Source of the DNA: Bacteroidota bacterium
GTDB lineage: Bacteria; Bacteroidota; Bacteroidia; Chitinophagales; Chitinophagaceae
Reading direction: 5' to 3'
Assembly: GCA_025362055.1 (NCBI GenBank)
Contig: JANYIM010000183.1
Coordinates: 8,972 to 72,971, forward strand
Length of the DNA stretch: 64,000 nucleotides
The notes below the pieces were generated by a model. It was not told the origin of the DNA and searched no databases. It was given only the letters and a program-made list of their open reading frames with translations. Positions 28,356 to 38,493 of this stretch are shown one piece after another (within the stretch, counting starts at the first letter, position 1; each line of letters starts with the position of its first letter). A program made the position numbers and the translations under genes.

Positions 28356-29039
28356 TTACATTTCAAACTTATAACCCACTCCCTTTACCGTAGTGATACA
28401 ATCCATATTCAATTTCTGGCGGATCTTACGGATGTGCACATCAATGGTACGGTCGCCTACAATTACTTCGGTACCCCATACCTGGTTTAATATTTCGTTG
28501 CGGAGAAAAACCTTGCCGGGTTTACCGGCCAATAATGCCAGCAGTTCAAATTCTTTGCGTGCCAGTATAATGTCTTTACCCTGGTAATTGATAATGTATT
28601 TCTCCCGGTCGATCTGCAGGTCACCGATCTGCAATAAGCCGGTATCTTCCTTGCTAACACGGCGGAACAATGCATTTACCTTGCTTACCAAAACCTTTGG
28701 ACTTACGGGTTTTGTGATAAAATCATCTGCGCCCGTCTCTAAACCTTTTACTTCAGTCCCTTCATCACTGAGGGCCGTAAGAAAAATGATCAGGGTATCA
28801 TTAAAGGCCGGTTGTAAGCGAAGGATATTGCATACTTCAATGCCATTCTTGCCGGGCATCATGATATCGAGGATAATAAGATCTGGTTGAAATTTTTTCG
28901 CAAGGTCTATTGCCTCATTACCGTTTTTAGCAGTGATCACTTCGTAGCCCTCGGTTTGCAGATTATATTGGATAATTTCAAGTATATCCGGCTCATCATC
29001 TGCAATTAATACTTTCTTAACATTGTTAGATACACTCAT
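28356..29039 (-). CDS. phoB: OmpR-family response regulator, PhoB/PhoP-like
   Basis: IADDE, LDIMMP, FLTA, GADDFITKP, EFELL, RTIDVHIRKIR, TVKGVGY motifs. Confidence 0.82.
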   Translation of the reverse strand: MSVSNNVKKVLIADDEPDILEIIQYNLQTEGYEVITAKNGNEAIDLAKKFQPDLIILDIMMPGKNGIEVCNILRLQPAFNDTLIIFLTALSDEGTEVKGLETGADDFITKPVSPKVLVSKVNALFRRVSKEDTGLLQIGDLQIDREKYIINYQGKDIILARKEFELLALLAGKPGKVFLRNEILNQVWGTEVIVGDRTIDVHIRKIRQKLNMDCITTVKGVGYKFEM

Positions 29040-29045
29040 ACATTG

Positions 29046-29112
29046 CAAAAATAGTCTTTACCTTCAATCAGAGCGGCGGTATGGCCCCCCTTTTGTATTA
29101 TCAAATTGTTAA
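29046..29112 (-). promoter_or_regulatory. Promoter of the regulator gene: -7 element plus a 2-repeat box
   Basis: TATTTTTG at 29053-29046; minus-strand TAACA (29111-29107) and TAATA (29100-29096). Confidence 0.5.
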
Positions 29113-29207
29113 GGGGGGGGTGCAGCATTTTGCATTAAAATGCATCTTAAAACGGGGATATTCAACCCGTCGCCTATTTTTTGCATCTTTGCAGTTGAAC
29201 AGTTTCT

Positions 29208-31424
29208 ATGAAACAAAAAATATTTCTCTTCTTTTTACTATTATCTGCTTCCCGTGTTTTTGCGGGCATCGACTCTGTGATCGTACCCATCGAGCGGCGT
29301 TTTTTTCATGACCGCATCAGTGAAGAACAAAAATTACTGGACAGGGCTGATGGTAAAATGGACGGGATCATGAAAGTATCGGCGAATGAAGAGATCAATC
29401 TTTCGGTAACAGATATCATGACAAGGAAGATCAATGAACTTGCAGATACCATAGAACTTAACACCAGGATAACCAGGAATCAGGAAAAAGTGAGGTACCT
29501 GAGATATATCGAAACACTTTTAAAAACATTCAGGGCCCAAACCAGGTCAAAACAATTCAACCCGGCTTATGCATCAATACTTGTAAGTGGTTTTGAAAAT
29601 GTAATGAATGCAAGCATTGGTGGTTACAGTATAGGTCCATATATTGAACAACTGCCGTATGATGCTGCCAATATGATCACCGGTATATTCACTGAATTCA
29701 GTGGCAATAAAGAAATTAAAAAGATCCTTTTTTTAAAATTCGCAGCGCTTTACCCCGACAAGATATTACAGAACATAGAGCCTTATGCAGACGAAACATT
29801 CGCCGACAGCCTCATAGCGGTCTGTTGTCAACGTAACCCTACTGCCGTGTATTCTGCATCACAGGCACCCAATACAGTGATCGGCAAACTGATCCATCGC
29901 AATACCAATAATATTGTAACAACCGTTGTTTCTATAAGCAAGACCCCGAACGCACTTTATTATTTTCCTTTTTTAGATGATATTTTAAAAGGCAAAAAAA
30001 CCATCGACGATATAAAAAAATATATAGGTGATGGCGAAGCAGGTTATGACAGTGTTGGCTACTTTAAACTATTGGTGCAAACAGAAATTGATTATTTTAA
30101 ACGCATGGCTCCCCCCGGGAGAGATACGCCCATTGCCATGTTTGGCCCCAATGGGTTAAGGGAGGTATTGCAGCATAAAGCAATCCAACATTTTATAACG
30201 CCCATCAATACACTACACGATCAAAGCAATCTCAATATCCGTATGAGAGCTACGGACCCTTTGTCGGCCATTGACCTGTACTACATGATCGTTATGGGTG
30301 AGAATGAGATCTATACTTCAAGCTACAAACATAGTTTTAACCGCTTGTTGCAACGTCTTGGCAAAAATGCAAAAACAGATTCCCTGTTATTGAGCGTACA
30401 CTTCGATTACTTTAAGAAGTTCATCAAGATGGCGGCCAATTTTAATCAGTTAGACACGTTCTTAAAAGGGATGCCTACAGCAAAAGCACAAATGCTGATG
30501 AGGGCCTTTGTTGGCAACCTCGACCAGGGCAATAGCCTGGAAGATGCAGTGGATGTAGCAGATTCGTACAGCAGCATCAATGATAAAAAATTACTGAAGA
30601 CCATTCTCGGGCATGTCATTGAATATGAGAACAATGCTATTCAAAATAATAATGAACGGGGAAAGATGATCTACGGTTTATTGAAAACTATTTTTCTTTC
30701 TGCCGACAGCAGCAATCATATCGACCTTACAAAACAGATCGGCATCCCTTCGATCTATAGCATCAATAATAATGAGCTTGCAGATGATAGCGGACGGATC
30801 GTACAACAGGTTTTCTTTTATGGTGATAAAGATGGACAGGGAATTTTCAATGGTTTTGTCAATTCCTTTTCTGCTGCAAACTGGAAGGTGAGCATGAAAC
30901 CGGAATGGGCCGAGATCAAATCGATCAAGGGCCCTAAAATATGGGTCTATGCCAATCGCCCATTAGACAATGATTCCAACCTTGATGATACTGCTCAAAT
31001 TCACCTTAATAAATATCTTGGACAAAACGGCCTGCTGCCATCGATCGTCATTCATCGTGGCCATAGTTATTGGTTGCCCCATACATTAGACATGATGCTG
31101 GGCAATGCAAAAATTGTTGTATTGGGTTCCTGCGGCGGCTATAAAAATTTAAGCGAGATACTTGACATCAACCCTGATGCGCATATCATTTCAACAAAAG
31201 AGATCGGTAAAGGAGATATTAATAAACCCGTTATCAATTATATCAATCAAACCCTGGTTACCGGGAAGCCCCTGGTCTGGAAAAATATGTGGGCCACACT
31301 TACAAAGCAGTTCGCCAATGCTGATGCATCAACAAGAGATTCCTGGGATGATTATGTTCCTCCTTACAAGAACCTGGGCGTTATTTTTCTAAAGGCATAT
31401 GGTACAAAAATGGAAGGGAAGTGA
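29208..31424 (+). CDS. Large exported hypothetical protein
   Basis: 738-aa ORF with a signal peptide; C-terminal HRGHSY and LGSCGG motifs. Confidence 0.8.
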   Translation: MKQKIFLFFLLLSASRVFAGIDSVIVPIERRFFHDRISEEQKLLDRADGKMDGIMKVSANEEINLSVTDIMTRKINELADTIELNTRITRNQEKVRYLRYIETLLKTFRAQTRSKQFNPAYASILVSGFENVMNASIGGYSIGPYIEQLPYDAANMITGIFTEFSGNKEIKKILFLKFAALYPDKILQNIEPYADETFADSLIAVCCQRNPTAVYSASQAPNTVIGKLIHRNTNNIVTTVVSISKTPNALYYFPFLDDILKGKKTIDDIKKYIGDGEAGYDSVGYFKLLVQTEIDYFKRMAPPGRDTPIAMFGPNGLREVLQHKAIQHFITPINTLHDQSNLNIRMRATDPLSAIDLYYMIVMGENEIYTSSYKHSFNRLLQRLGKNAKTDSLLLSVHFDYFKKFIKMAANFNQLDTFLKGMPTAKAQMLMRAFVGNLDQGNSLEDAVDVADSYSSINDKKLLKTILGHVIEYENNAIQNNNERGKMIYGLLKTIFLSADSSNHIDLTKQIGIPSIYSINNNELADDSGRIVQQVFFYGDKDGQGIFNGFVNSFSAANWKVSMKPEWAEIKSIKGPKIWVYANRPLDNDSNLDDTAQIHLNKYLGQNGLLPSIVIHRGHSYWLPHTLDMMLGNAKIVVLGSCGGYKNLSEILDINPDAHIISTKEIGKGDINKPVINYINQTLVTGKPLVWKNMWATLTKQFANADASTRDSWDDYVPPYKNLGVIFLKAYGTKMEGK

Positions 31425-31549
31425 GGTTAATTGTACTGTTGCATTAACTATGAACTATGCGTTATGAACCATAGGCGATGAACAATCCGCAATATCAATT
31501 TTTCTTTAAACGGCATTCCCGTAAAACCCCAAACAACTAACTTTGCTTC

Positions 31550-33355
31550 ATGAGTGACGCTACCGGTGCAAAAAAAAAGATCTTTAATTTTTCATTACTG
31601 AAAAGGGTTTTTCATTTTGCCGCTCCTTATAAAAATAAATTTTATGGGTCCTTACTGCTTTCCGTTATACTGGCAGTAATTGCACCTATCCGGCCTTTTT
31701 TAATTCAGATGACCATTAATGACGGTATCAAAGGAAATCTAAAACCCTTTTTTTTGAATACTCCCGGCGCTTTTATCATTGAGGTCACGGTGATACAGAT
31801 CGTATTATTATTGATTGAAACGGGTGGCCGTTTCTTCTTCACTTTCCTTACGGCATCGCTGGGACAAAGCGTGGTAAAGGACCTGCGGGTAAGTACCTAT
31901 GATAAAATCCTTCACCTTAATTTATCACAATACGATACAACGCCCATTGGCACACTCACTACAAGAACTATCAATGACATTGAATCCATCAATGACATTT
32001 TTAGTGACGGCCTGATCCCTATCATTGCAGACCTGCTCTCCATTTTTTCTATTTTAACCTATATGTTCTTTGTGGATTGGCAATTAACACTTGTGTGCCT
32101 GGCACCCTTTCCTTTACTCATCATCGCTACTTATTTTTTTAAAGAAAGCGTTAACAAATCATTTATACGTGTCCGTAATGCAGTGGCCAATCTCAATGCA
32201 TTTGTACAGGAGCATATCACGGGCATGAGCGTGGTGCAGGTATTTGCTGCAGAAAAAAGGGAATTCAAAAAATTCAACAGTATTAACAAGGAACACCGCA
32301 ATGCCAATATCAAGGCTATTTTCGCATACTCTATTTTTTTTCCGATAGTAGAGTTGGTAATGGCATTGTCCATTGGCTTATTGGTTTGGTGGGCTGCCAA
32401 GGATGTGGTAAAACCAGGGCAGGCAGAAAAAATCGCGGGAGTCATCACTTCATTCATCATGTGCCTCAATCTCCTGTTCAGGCCGCTAAGGGTGATCGCA
32501 GATAAATTCAATGTACTGCAAATGGGCATGATAGCGAGTGAACGGGTTTTTAAAGTATTGGATAATGAAGACACCACCATAAACGATGGCACTTATACAC
32601 CACAAGCAATGAAAGGAAGTGTTGAATTTAAAAATGTTTGGTTTGCATACAGCAATGACAATTATGTTTTAAAAGATATCTCCTTTTCCATCAATGCAGG
32701 TGAAACCCTGGCCATTGTAGGGCATACCGGCAGCGGTAAAACTTCCATCATCAGCTTGTTGAACCGGCTCTACCATATTCAAAAAGGCAGCATCACCATT
32801 GATGATAAGGATATTGAAACTTATCGCCTCGAAGCATTGCGGAGTAAAATAGCCGTAGTGCTGCAGGATGTATTTTTATTCAGCGGTTCTGTGATGGACA
32901 ATGTAACATTGCGCAACCCCGATATAAAAAAAGAAGAAGTGATAAGGGCCGCCAAACTGATCGGCATCCATGATTTTATCATGCAATTGCCTGGCGACTA
33001 TGATTACAATGTAATGGAACGGGGCGCTACACTTTCCCTGGGCCAGCGTCAATTGCTTTCTTTTGTAAGGGCATTATTATATAACCCGGCGATACTGATA
33101 TTGGATGAAGCCACTTCATCGGTAGATACCGAAAGCGAAGGGCTCATCCAGCATGCCATTGAGCAATTGATCGCTGGCCGTACCTCTATCGTTATTGCAC
33201 ATCGCCTCAGCACCATCCGCAAGGCTGGTAAAATAATGGTGCTTGACAAAGGAGAAATAAAGGAAATGGGAACCCACGAAGAGTTACTGATAAAGCAGGG
33301 TTTTTATTTCCAGTTGCATAAGATGCAGTTTGAAAAACAGGAAAAAGTGATTTGA
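31550..33355 (+). CDS. ABC exporter, fused permease / ATP-binding (MsbA-like)
   Basis: GHTGSGKT, LSLGQRQ, ILDEATS, IAHRLST motifs; N-terminal TM domain; -7 element TAACTTTG at 31538. Confidence 0.93.
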   Translation: MSDATGAKKKIFNFSLLKRVFHFAAPYKNKFYGSLLLSVILAVIAPIRPFLIQMTINDGIKGNLKPFFLNTPGAFIIEVTVIQIVLLLIETGGRFFFTFLTASLGQSVVKDLRVSTYDKILHLNLSQYDTTPIGTLTTRTINDIESINDIFSDGLIPIIADLLSIFSILTYMFFVDWQLTLVCLAPFPLLIIATYFFKESVNKSFIRVRNAVANLNAFVQEHITGMSVVQVFAAEKREFKKFNSINKEHRNANIKAIFAYSIFFPIVELVMALSIGLLVWWAAKDVVKPGQAEKIAGVITSFIMCLNLLFRPLRVIADKFNVLQMGMIASERVFKVLDNEDTTINDGTYTPQAMKGSVEFKNVWFAYSNDNYVLKDISFSINAGETLAIVGHTGSGKTSIISLLNRLYHIQKGSITIDDKDIETYRLEALRSKIAVVLQDVFLFSGSVMDNVTLRNPDIKKEEVIRAAKLIGIHDFIMQLPGDYDYNVMERGATLSLGQRQLLSFVRALLYNPAILILDEATSSVDTESEGLIQHAIEQLIAGRTSIVIAHRLSTIRKAGKIMVLDKGEIKEMGTHEELLIKQGFYFQLHKMQFEKQEKVI

Positions 33356-33496
33356 TGATTTGATAATTGGCTGATTTGATGATAATAGCGGATTTATTCA
33401 CCTTCATCGCCAAATCACCAAATTTTCATATTTCTAGCCTCCGATTTTTAAAATCGCCCCCCCATCCTTATCTTTGCGGCAAATTTAAGGTACGAC

Positions 33497-34651
33497 ATGG
33501 TCATAAAGAGCATCAAATCATTGCTGGTAGCGGTTTTTAGCCTGGGGTTACTGATTTTTTCTACTCCCACAATTGCCCAAACCGACGGGCCAAAGGAGCC
33601 AGCTAAAGAAAAGAAGATATTTGATGCCAACGAAGTGATCTTTGGCCATATCATGGATGCCCATGAATTTCATTTTCTCTCTTATAAAGATGCCGAAGGA
33701 AAAGAACATCACGCTACCATTCCGTTGCCGGTCATTGTTTATGCAAAAGGAAAAGGGGTTTCCTGCTTCATGTCATCCCAATTTCATCATGGTGAAGAAA
33801 ATTATAAGGGGTATGGATTGATCACGAATGAAAAAATTGATGAATTAAAACTAGACCGTTCAAAATATACCGCCGGGCAGATCGTAGCAGTGAATGATGC
33901 AGGCGAAATTGATCCAACCGTTACCGTCTACGATTTTTCATTAAGCCGCAACGTGGTGCAAATGTTACTGGCACTAACCTTGCTGGTTGTTATCTTGATT
34001 AGGGTGGCCAGGCGTTATGGAACAGGACAAGGCATCACCTCTGCTCCAAAAGGAATGCAAAACACCATGGAAACCATCGTGAACTTTGTGAATGACGAAG
34101 TTGCGAAACCAAATTTAGGTGCTAAAAGCAATAAGTACCTGCCTTATTTGTTAACCGTATTTTTATTTATCCTTATCAATAATATCGTTGGCCTGATACC
34201 CGGCACAGCAAACGTTACCGGTAATATTGCTTTTACATTTGTGTTGGCGATCATTTCATTTATTGTGATATTGTTCAGCACCAACAAACATTACTGGATG
34301 CATATCATTAATCCTCCCGGTGTACCGGGTTGGGTGAAAGTGATTTTGGTACCGGTAGAAATTTTGGGGATATTCACCAAGCCTTTTGCATTAATGATCA
34401 GGTTGTTTGCGAACATGGTAGCAGGGCATATCCTGATCATTTGTTTGATCTCTTTGATCTTTATCATGGCAGCGTTGAACCAATACATCGGTTGGGGTTT
34501 TGCACCGTTCTCTATCGCCTTTACCATTTTCATTTATTTCATTGAAGTGCTGGTAGCATTTTTACAGGCATTCATTTTTACTATTTTAACAGCTGTATTT
34601 ATCGGGCAGGCATTTGAAGGCGGGCATGACGCAGAACATGCACATGCATAA
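33497..34651 (+). CDS. atpB: F0F1 ATP synthase subunit a
   Basis: KPFALMIRLFANMVAGH, LVAFLQAFIF; -7 element TATCTTTG at 33469. Confidence 0.96.
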   Translation: MVIKSIKSLLVAVFSLGLLIFSTPTIAQTDGPKEPAKEKKIFDANEVIFGHIMDAHEFHFLSYKDAEGKEHHATIPLPVIVYAKGKGVSCFMSSQFHHGEENYKGYGLITNEKIDELKLDRSKYTAGQIVAVNDAGEIDPTVTVYDFSLSRNVVQMLLALTLLVVILIRVARRYGTGQGITSAPKGMQNTMETIVNFVNDEVAKPNLGAKSNKYLPYLLTVFLFILINNIVGLIPGTANVTGNIAFTFVLAIISFIVILFSTNKHYWMHIINPPGVPGWVKVILVPVEILGIFTKPFALMIRLFANMVAGHILIICLISLIFIMAALNQYIGWGFAPFSIAFTIFIYFIEVLVAFLQAFIFTILTAVFIGQAFEGGHDAEHAHA

Positions 34652-34665
34652 TTAAATTGACTTAA

Positions 34666-34941
<276 letters not shown>

Positions 34942-34947
34942 GAACCT

Positions 34948-34987
34948 TACTGCATCCGAAGTACAGGACGGAGGATGCAGTATTTTT
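34948..34987 (+). terminator. Stem-loop between atpE and atpF
   Basis: TACTGCATCC (34948-34957) pairs with GGATGCAGTA (34973-34982), followed by a T run. Confidence 0.65.
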
Positions 34988-35093
34988 AAATTTTTTGAAC
35001 CCGGCATTAGTGCTGCTATTAAACTTCATTGGCGTCGCACTCTTGTACAGTGGCTCAATATTGAACTGTTAGATTTTATTTAAAATAGATCGT

Positions 35094-35588
35094 ATGCAAT
35101 TACTTACACCGGCTCTTGGCCTCATATTATGGACCCTGTTAGCCTTCCTCATCGTTTTTTTCTTACTGAAAAAATTCGCATGGCCTGCTATCATTGGTGG
35201 CTTGGCTAAAAGGGAAAAGACCATTGCCGATTCCCTGGCAACAGCCGAAAAAATAAAACTGGAAATGGCCCAGATGAAAAACGACAATGAGGCCATCCTT
35301 GCGCAGGCGCGTGAAGAAAGAGCTACGATGTTGAAAGAAGCCAAAGAAACAAAAGACAAAATGATCGCTGATGCAAAAGAAGAAGCAAAGACGCAGGCAG
35401 CCAAGATCATTACCGATGCACAGGCTTCCATCAATCACCAGAAAATGGCAGCATTGACAGAAATAAAGAACCAGGTAGGAAATTTAGTGATAGAAGTAAG
35501 TGAAAAAGTATTACGCAGGGAATTAAGCAATAAAGCTACACAGGAAGAATATATTAAACAACTGGCGCAGGAAGTAAAACTAAATTAA
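35094..35588 (+). CDS. atpF: F0F1 ATP synthase subunit b
   Basis: N-terminal TM, LKKFAWP..RE, coiled coil; operon position. Confidence 0.95.
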   Translation: MQLLTPALGLILWTLLAFLIVFFLLKKFAWPAIIGGLAKREKTIADSLATAEKIKLEMAQMKNDNEAILAQAREERATMLKEAKETKDKMIADAKEEAKTQAAKIITDAQASINHQKMAALTEIKNQVGNLVIEVSEKVLRRELSNKATQEEYIKQLAQEVKLN

Positions 35589-35661
35589 TTTGACAATTTG
35601 AAGATGGGTCAATTATAAAACATCTTCAATTTTCAAATCACCAAATTTTCAAATTGAAGAA

Positions 35662-36228
35662 ATGAAGAATCCACGTTTAGCAGGCAGGTACGCAAAAAGT
35701 TTACTGGATCTTGCGATCGAGCAAAACCAGGTAGATGCTGTATGCACCGATATGAAATGGCTGCATAGCATCTGCAAAAGCAATCCCGATTTTGTTGCCG
35801 TATTGCGCAGCCCCATCATTAAGCCAACCGCCAAAGAAAAGATCATTGAATCCATTTCAAAAGAAAGGGTGAGTAAGTTAACCACTGCATTCATACAATT
35901 ACTGGTACGTAAGGCCAGGGAAATTAATTTACCCGAGATCGTTACAGCTTATATCGACCAGTTCAATAAACTAAGGAATATCTATAAAGTAAAGATCACT
36001 ACAGCAGAACCAATGACCGATGAGATCAGGGAAACCATTATGGCAAATGTGAGGGCTGCCGTAAAAACGGGTCAGACCTTTGAGATCGAAACACAGGTAA
36101 GGAGTGAATTGATCGGTGGTTTTTTACTGGAAACAGAAGGTACATTGGTAGACGCCAGTATTTTAAGAGACCTGAAAGATATTCAAAAGCAGTTCATGAA
36201 TAATGATTACCTGCATAGGATAAGATAA
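35662..36228 (+). CDS. atpH: F0F1 ATP synthase subunit delta
   Basis: RYAKSL, LRSPII, LIGGF..VDAS motifs. Confidence 0.95.
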   Translation: MKNPRLAGRYAKSLLDLAIEQNQVDAVCTDMKWLHSICKSNPDFVAVLRSPIIKPTAKEKIIESISKERVSKLTTAFIQLLVRKAREINLPEIVTAYIDQFNKLRNIYKVKITTAEPMTDEIRETIMANVRAAVKTGQTFEIETQVRSELIGGFLLETEGTLVDASILRDLKDIQKQFMNNDYLHRIR

Positions 36229-36299
36229 TTTAAGGATTTGGTGATGCTCCAATTTGAAGAGGTGATGATGTAACTCAATTTTGGACCGTATTTAATCAA

Positions 36300-37049
36300 C
36301 TAATCACCAAATCGAAAAATTGGGGCCTTGATATCATGATAAAATAAAAACGTCCACTTTTCTTCTCTCCCCTGCTCCCACCATTGCCTGCGTAGCTCCA
36401 TGCATTTTCTTCCATCAAAATCATACTTGGCGATGAATTTACTTTTCATCTGCTGTAATTGCGGGGCAACGTCTCCGCCAAAGAATATCTTTTCTCCATT
36501 TTCTTCTATCCAAAATACCTGGTGAAAGGGGCAATGGGCACCGGTTACATGATAGCTGATATAATTATCGATCATCCCGTCTCCCTGCAAATAATGTACT
36601 TTATCCGAGTTTGACAGAACATTAAAATCATCTGTCATGTAGGAGGGCTTGCCTTTCTGCAAAGCATAATCCGGTTCATCTTTGTTCACGAAATAAGTTG
36701 CATTGGGAAAGCTGAAAAAATGTTGTTGCAGCATGGTATCTTCTATACTAATACCGCCCGCATGATCTTTGTGCAGATGACTCAGCAAAACCTTGTTAAC
36801 ATCCATCGGGTTAATCCCGTTATCCAATAAATTCTGATGTATCTGCAAAGTGCCCGATGCATTGGTAAAACCCAAACCCGTATCAATTACAATAATATCT
36901 TTTGAAGTAATGATGGCAAAGGGCTGTATCTCTACCAGTAAACTTCCGGTTGACCGATGCTGTAAATTATCTTTTACAAGATCGAAAGGAAGAAATTTTT
37001 TTGTCCCGTCTATTGTGAATGCTCCTTCACTTAATGGAATTATTTTCAT
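36300..37049 (-). CDS. MBL-fold metallo-hydrolase
   Basis: IDTG, SHLHKDHAGG, GAHCPFH, GGD motifs; start reassigned to MKIIPL. Confidence 0.88.
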   Translation of the reverse strand: MKIIPLSEGAFTIDGTKKFLPFDLVKDNLQHRSTGSLLVEIQPFAIITSKDIIVIDTGLGFTNASGTLQIHQNLLDNGINPMDVNKVLLSHLHKDHAGGISIEDTMLQQHFFSFPNATYFVNKDEPDYALQKGKPSYMTDDFNVLSNSDKVHYLQGDGMIDNYISYHVTGAHCPFHQVFWIEENGEKIFFGGDVAPQLQQMKSKFIAKYDFDGRKCMELRRQWWEQGREEKWTFLFYHDIKAPIFRFGD

Positions 37050-37129
37050 TGCCAGGTTATTTTTTCTCCACAAAGTCGCTAAGGGCACAGGAAAATACTT
37101 TCCGGCCTTGTACTTTTGTGGGATATTTT

Positions 37130-38482
37130 TTATCTTAACACCATCTGCCTGTCGGCATCCAGTTTAATTAAAATAAAAAGCAGTACGGTAAAAGTTAACA
37201 AAGAAGAGCCTCCATAACTCATCAGCGGTAAGGTTATACCGATCACCGGCGCAAGTCCAATGGTAACACAAATATTTACCGCCACATGAAAAAAGACAAT
37301 GCCTGCTACCGAATACGCATACACCCTGCTGAATGTACTTCGCTGTCGCTCCGCAATTTTAATGATACGTAATAACAGACCAAGGTACAGGAACATCAAC
37401 AAAGCGCTGCCCCAGAATCCAAAATTCTCACCAACGGATGTAAAAATAAAATCGGTATGCTGTTCAGGTACAAAATCACCCTGCGTTTGAGTACCCTTTA
37501 AAAAACCTTTTCCAAAAAAGCCGCCAGACCCGATGGCGATCTTGGATTGCTTCACATTATAATTCTGTTGCTCATTCTTTCGCTGCTTTGATTTTGCTTC
37601 TTCAGAATTATTGAGATCAGCAGTAGTTTCATTGGTAAAGGGATTATCAACACCTACCATGCTGAATATCCTATCGGCCTGGTATTTTTTAAAAACATGT
37701 TTAAACATAAAGGGAACTCCCACTCCAACAAATCCAGAACAGAATGCCCAGCAACAGGCGATCATTAACAATAAACGGCTGTTACGTTTTATTCTTCTGC
37801 GGAAATAATAAATAAGTACAACAGCAAGTGCCGTAAATGCGATCAACAGGGTCTTTGTGTGAAACAATAGGGAGATCACCAGCAGAATGGAGATTGCAAT
37901 GCCACCAACGAGATAACCCGGTGGCAACCCTTCCCGGTACATCGGAATTAAAAAAGCAAAATATACAAGTGCAAGCCCGGTTTCTCCCTGCAAAACAGAC
38001 AACACTGCAGGGGCAAATGCAATAGCCGCTGCGATCAGCTGCGATTGGGGCCTTCGAAAATCCATTTCGGGCATCGACAAATATTTTGCTACTGCCAACG
38101 CGGTGAATATTTTACACAATTCTACGGGCTGAAGGTTCATGAACCCCAATGGTATCCAGCTTTTGGAACCCTTGATCTCTTTTCCCACTACAAAAGTGGC
38201 AAGGATCAGTACAATGCCAACGAGGTAAGAAAGATTTGCAGTTGCCGTAAATAATTTACTATCCGTTAATAAAATAAAAATAGCCAGCAGGCAACAGGCG
38301 CCGAAATAAAATAATTGCTTGCTGTAATTCTTCTTGAATCCCAGGAGGTTCTGTACCACATTATCATTGGCCCTGTATTCCACCGAAAAAATGCAAAGCA
38401 ATCCTATCACTCCAATAAGTGCATAGAGGGCGATCATTACCCAATCGATCCCTTTTGATATAGATGCTTTTTTTTGATACAT
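37130..38482 (-). CDS. rodA: Rod shape-determining protein RodA
   Basis: QPVELCK, QSKIAIGSGG, PEQHTDFIF, LPLMSYGGSS; follows PBP2. Confidence 0.95.
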   Translation of the reverse strand: MYQKKASISKGIDWVMIALYALIGVIGLLCIFSVEYRANDNVVQNLLGFKKNYSKQLFYFGACCLLAIFILLTDSKLFTATANLSYLVGIVLILATFVVGKEIKGSKSWIPLGFMNLQPVELCKIFTALAVAKYLSMPEMDFRRPQSQLIAAAIAFAPAVLSVLQGETGLALVYFAFLIPMYREGLPPGYLVGGIAISILLVISLLFHTKTLLIAFTALAVVLIYYFRRRIKRNSRLLLMIACCWAFCSGFVGVGVPFMFKHVFKKYQADRIFSMVGVDNPFTNETTADLNNSEEAKSKQRKNEQQNYNVKQSKIAIGSGGFFGKGFLKGTQTQGDFVPEQHTDFIFTSVGENFGFWGSALLMFLYLGLLLRIIKIAERQRSTFSRVYAYSVAGIVFFHVAVNICVTIGLAPVIGITLPLMSYGGSSLLTFTVLLFILIKLDADRQMVLR

Positions 38483-38493
38483 GGTGCCGGTTA

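Noticed and set aside
7716-29112. Treating the phosphate island as a mobile element
   Set aside because: No integrase, transposase, att repeats or tRNA at the borders.
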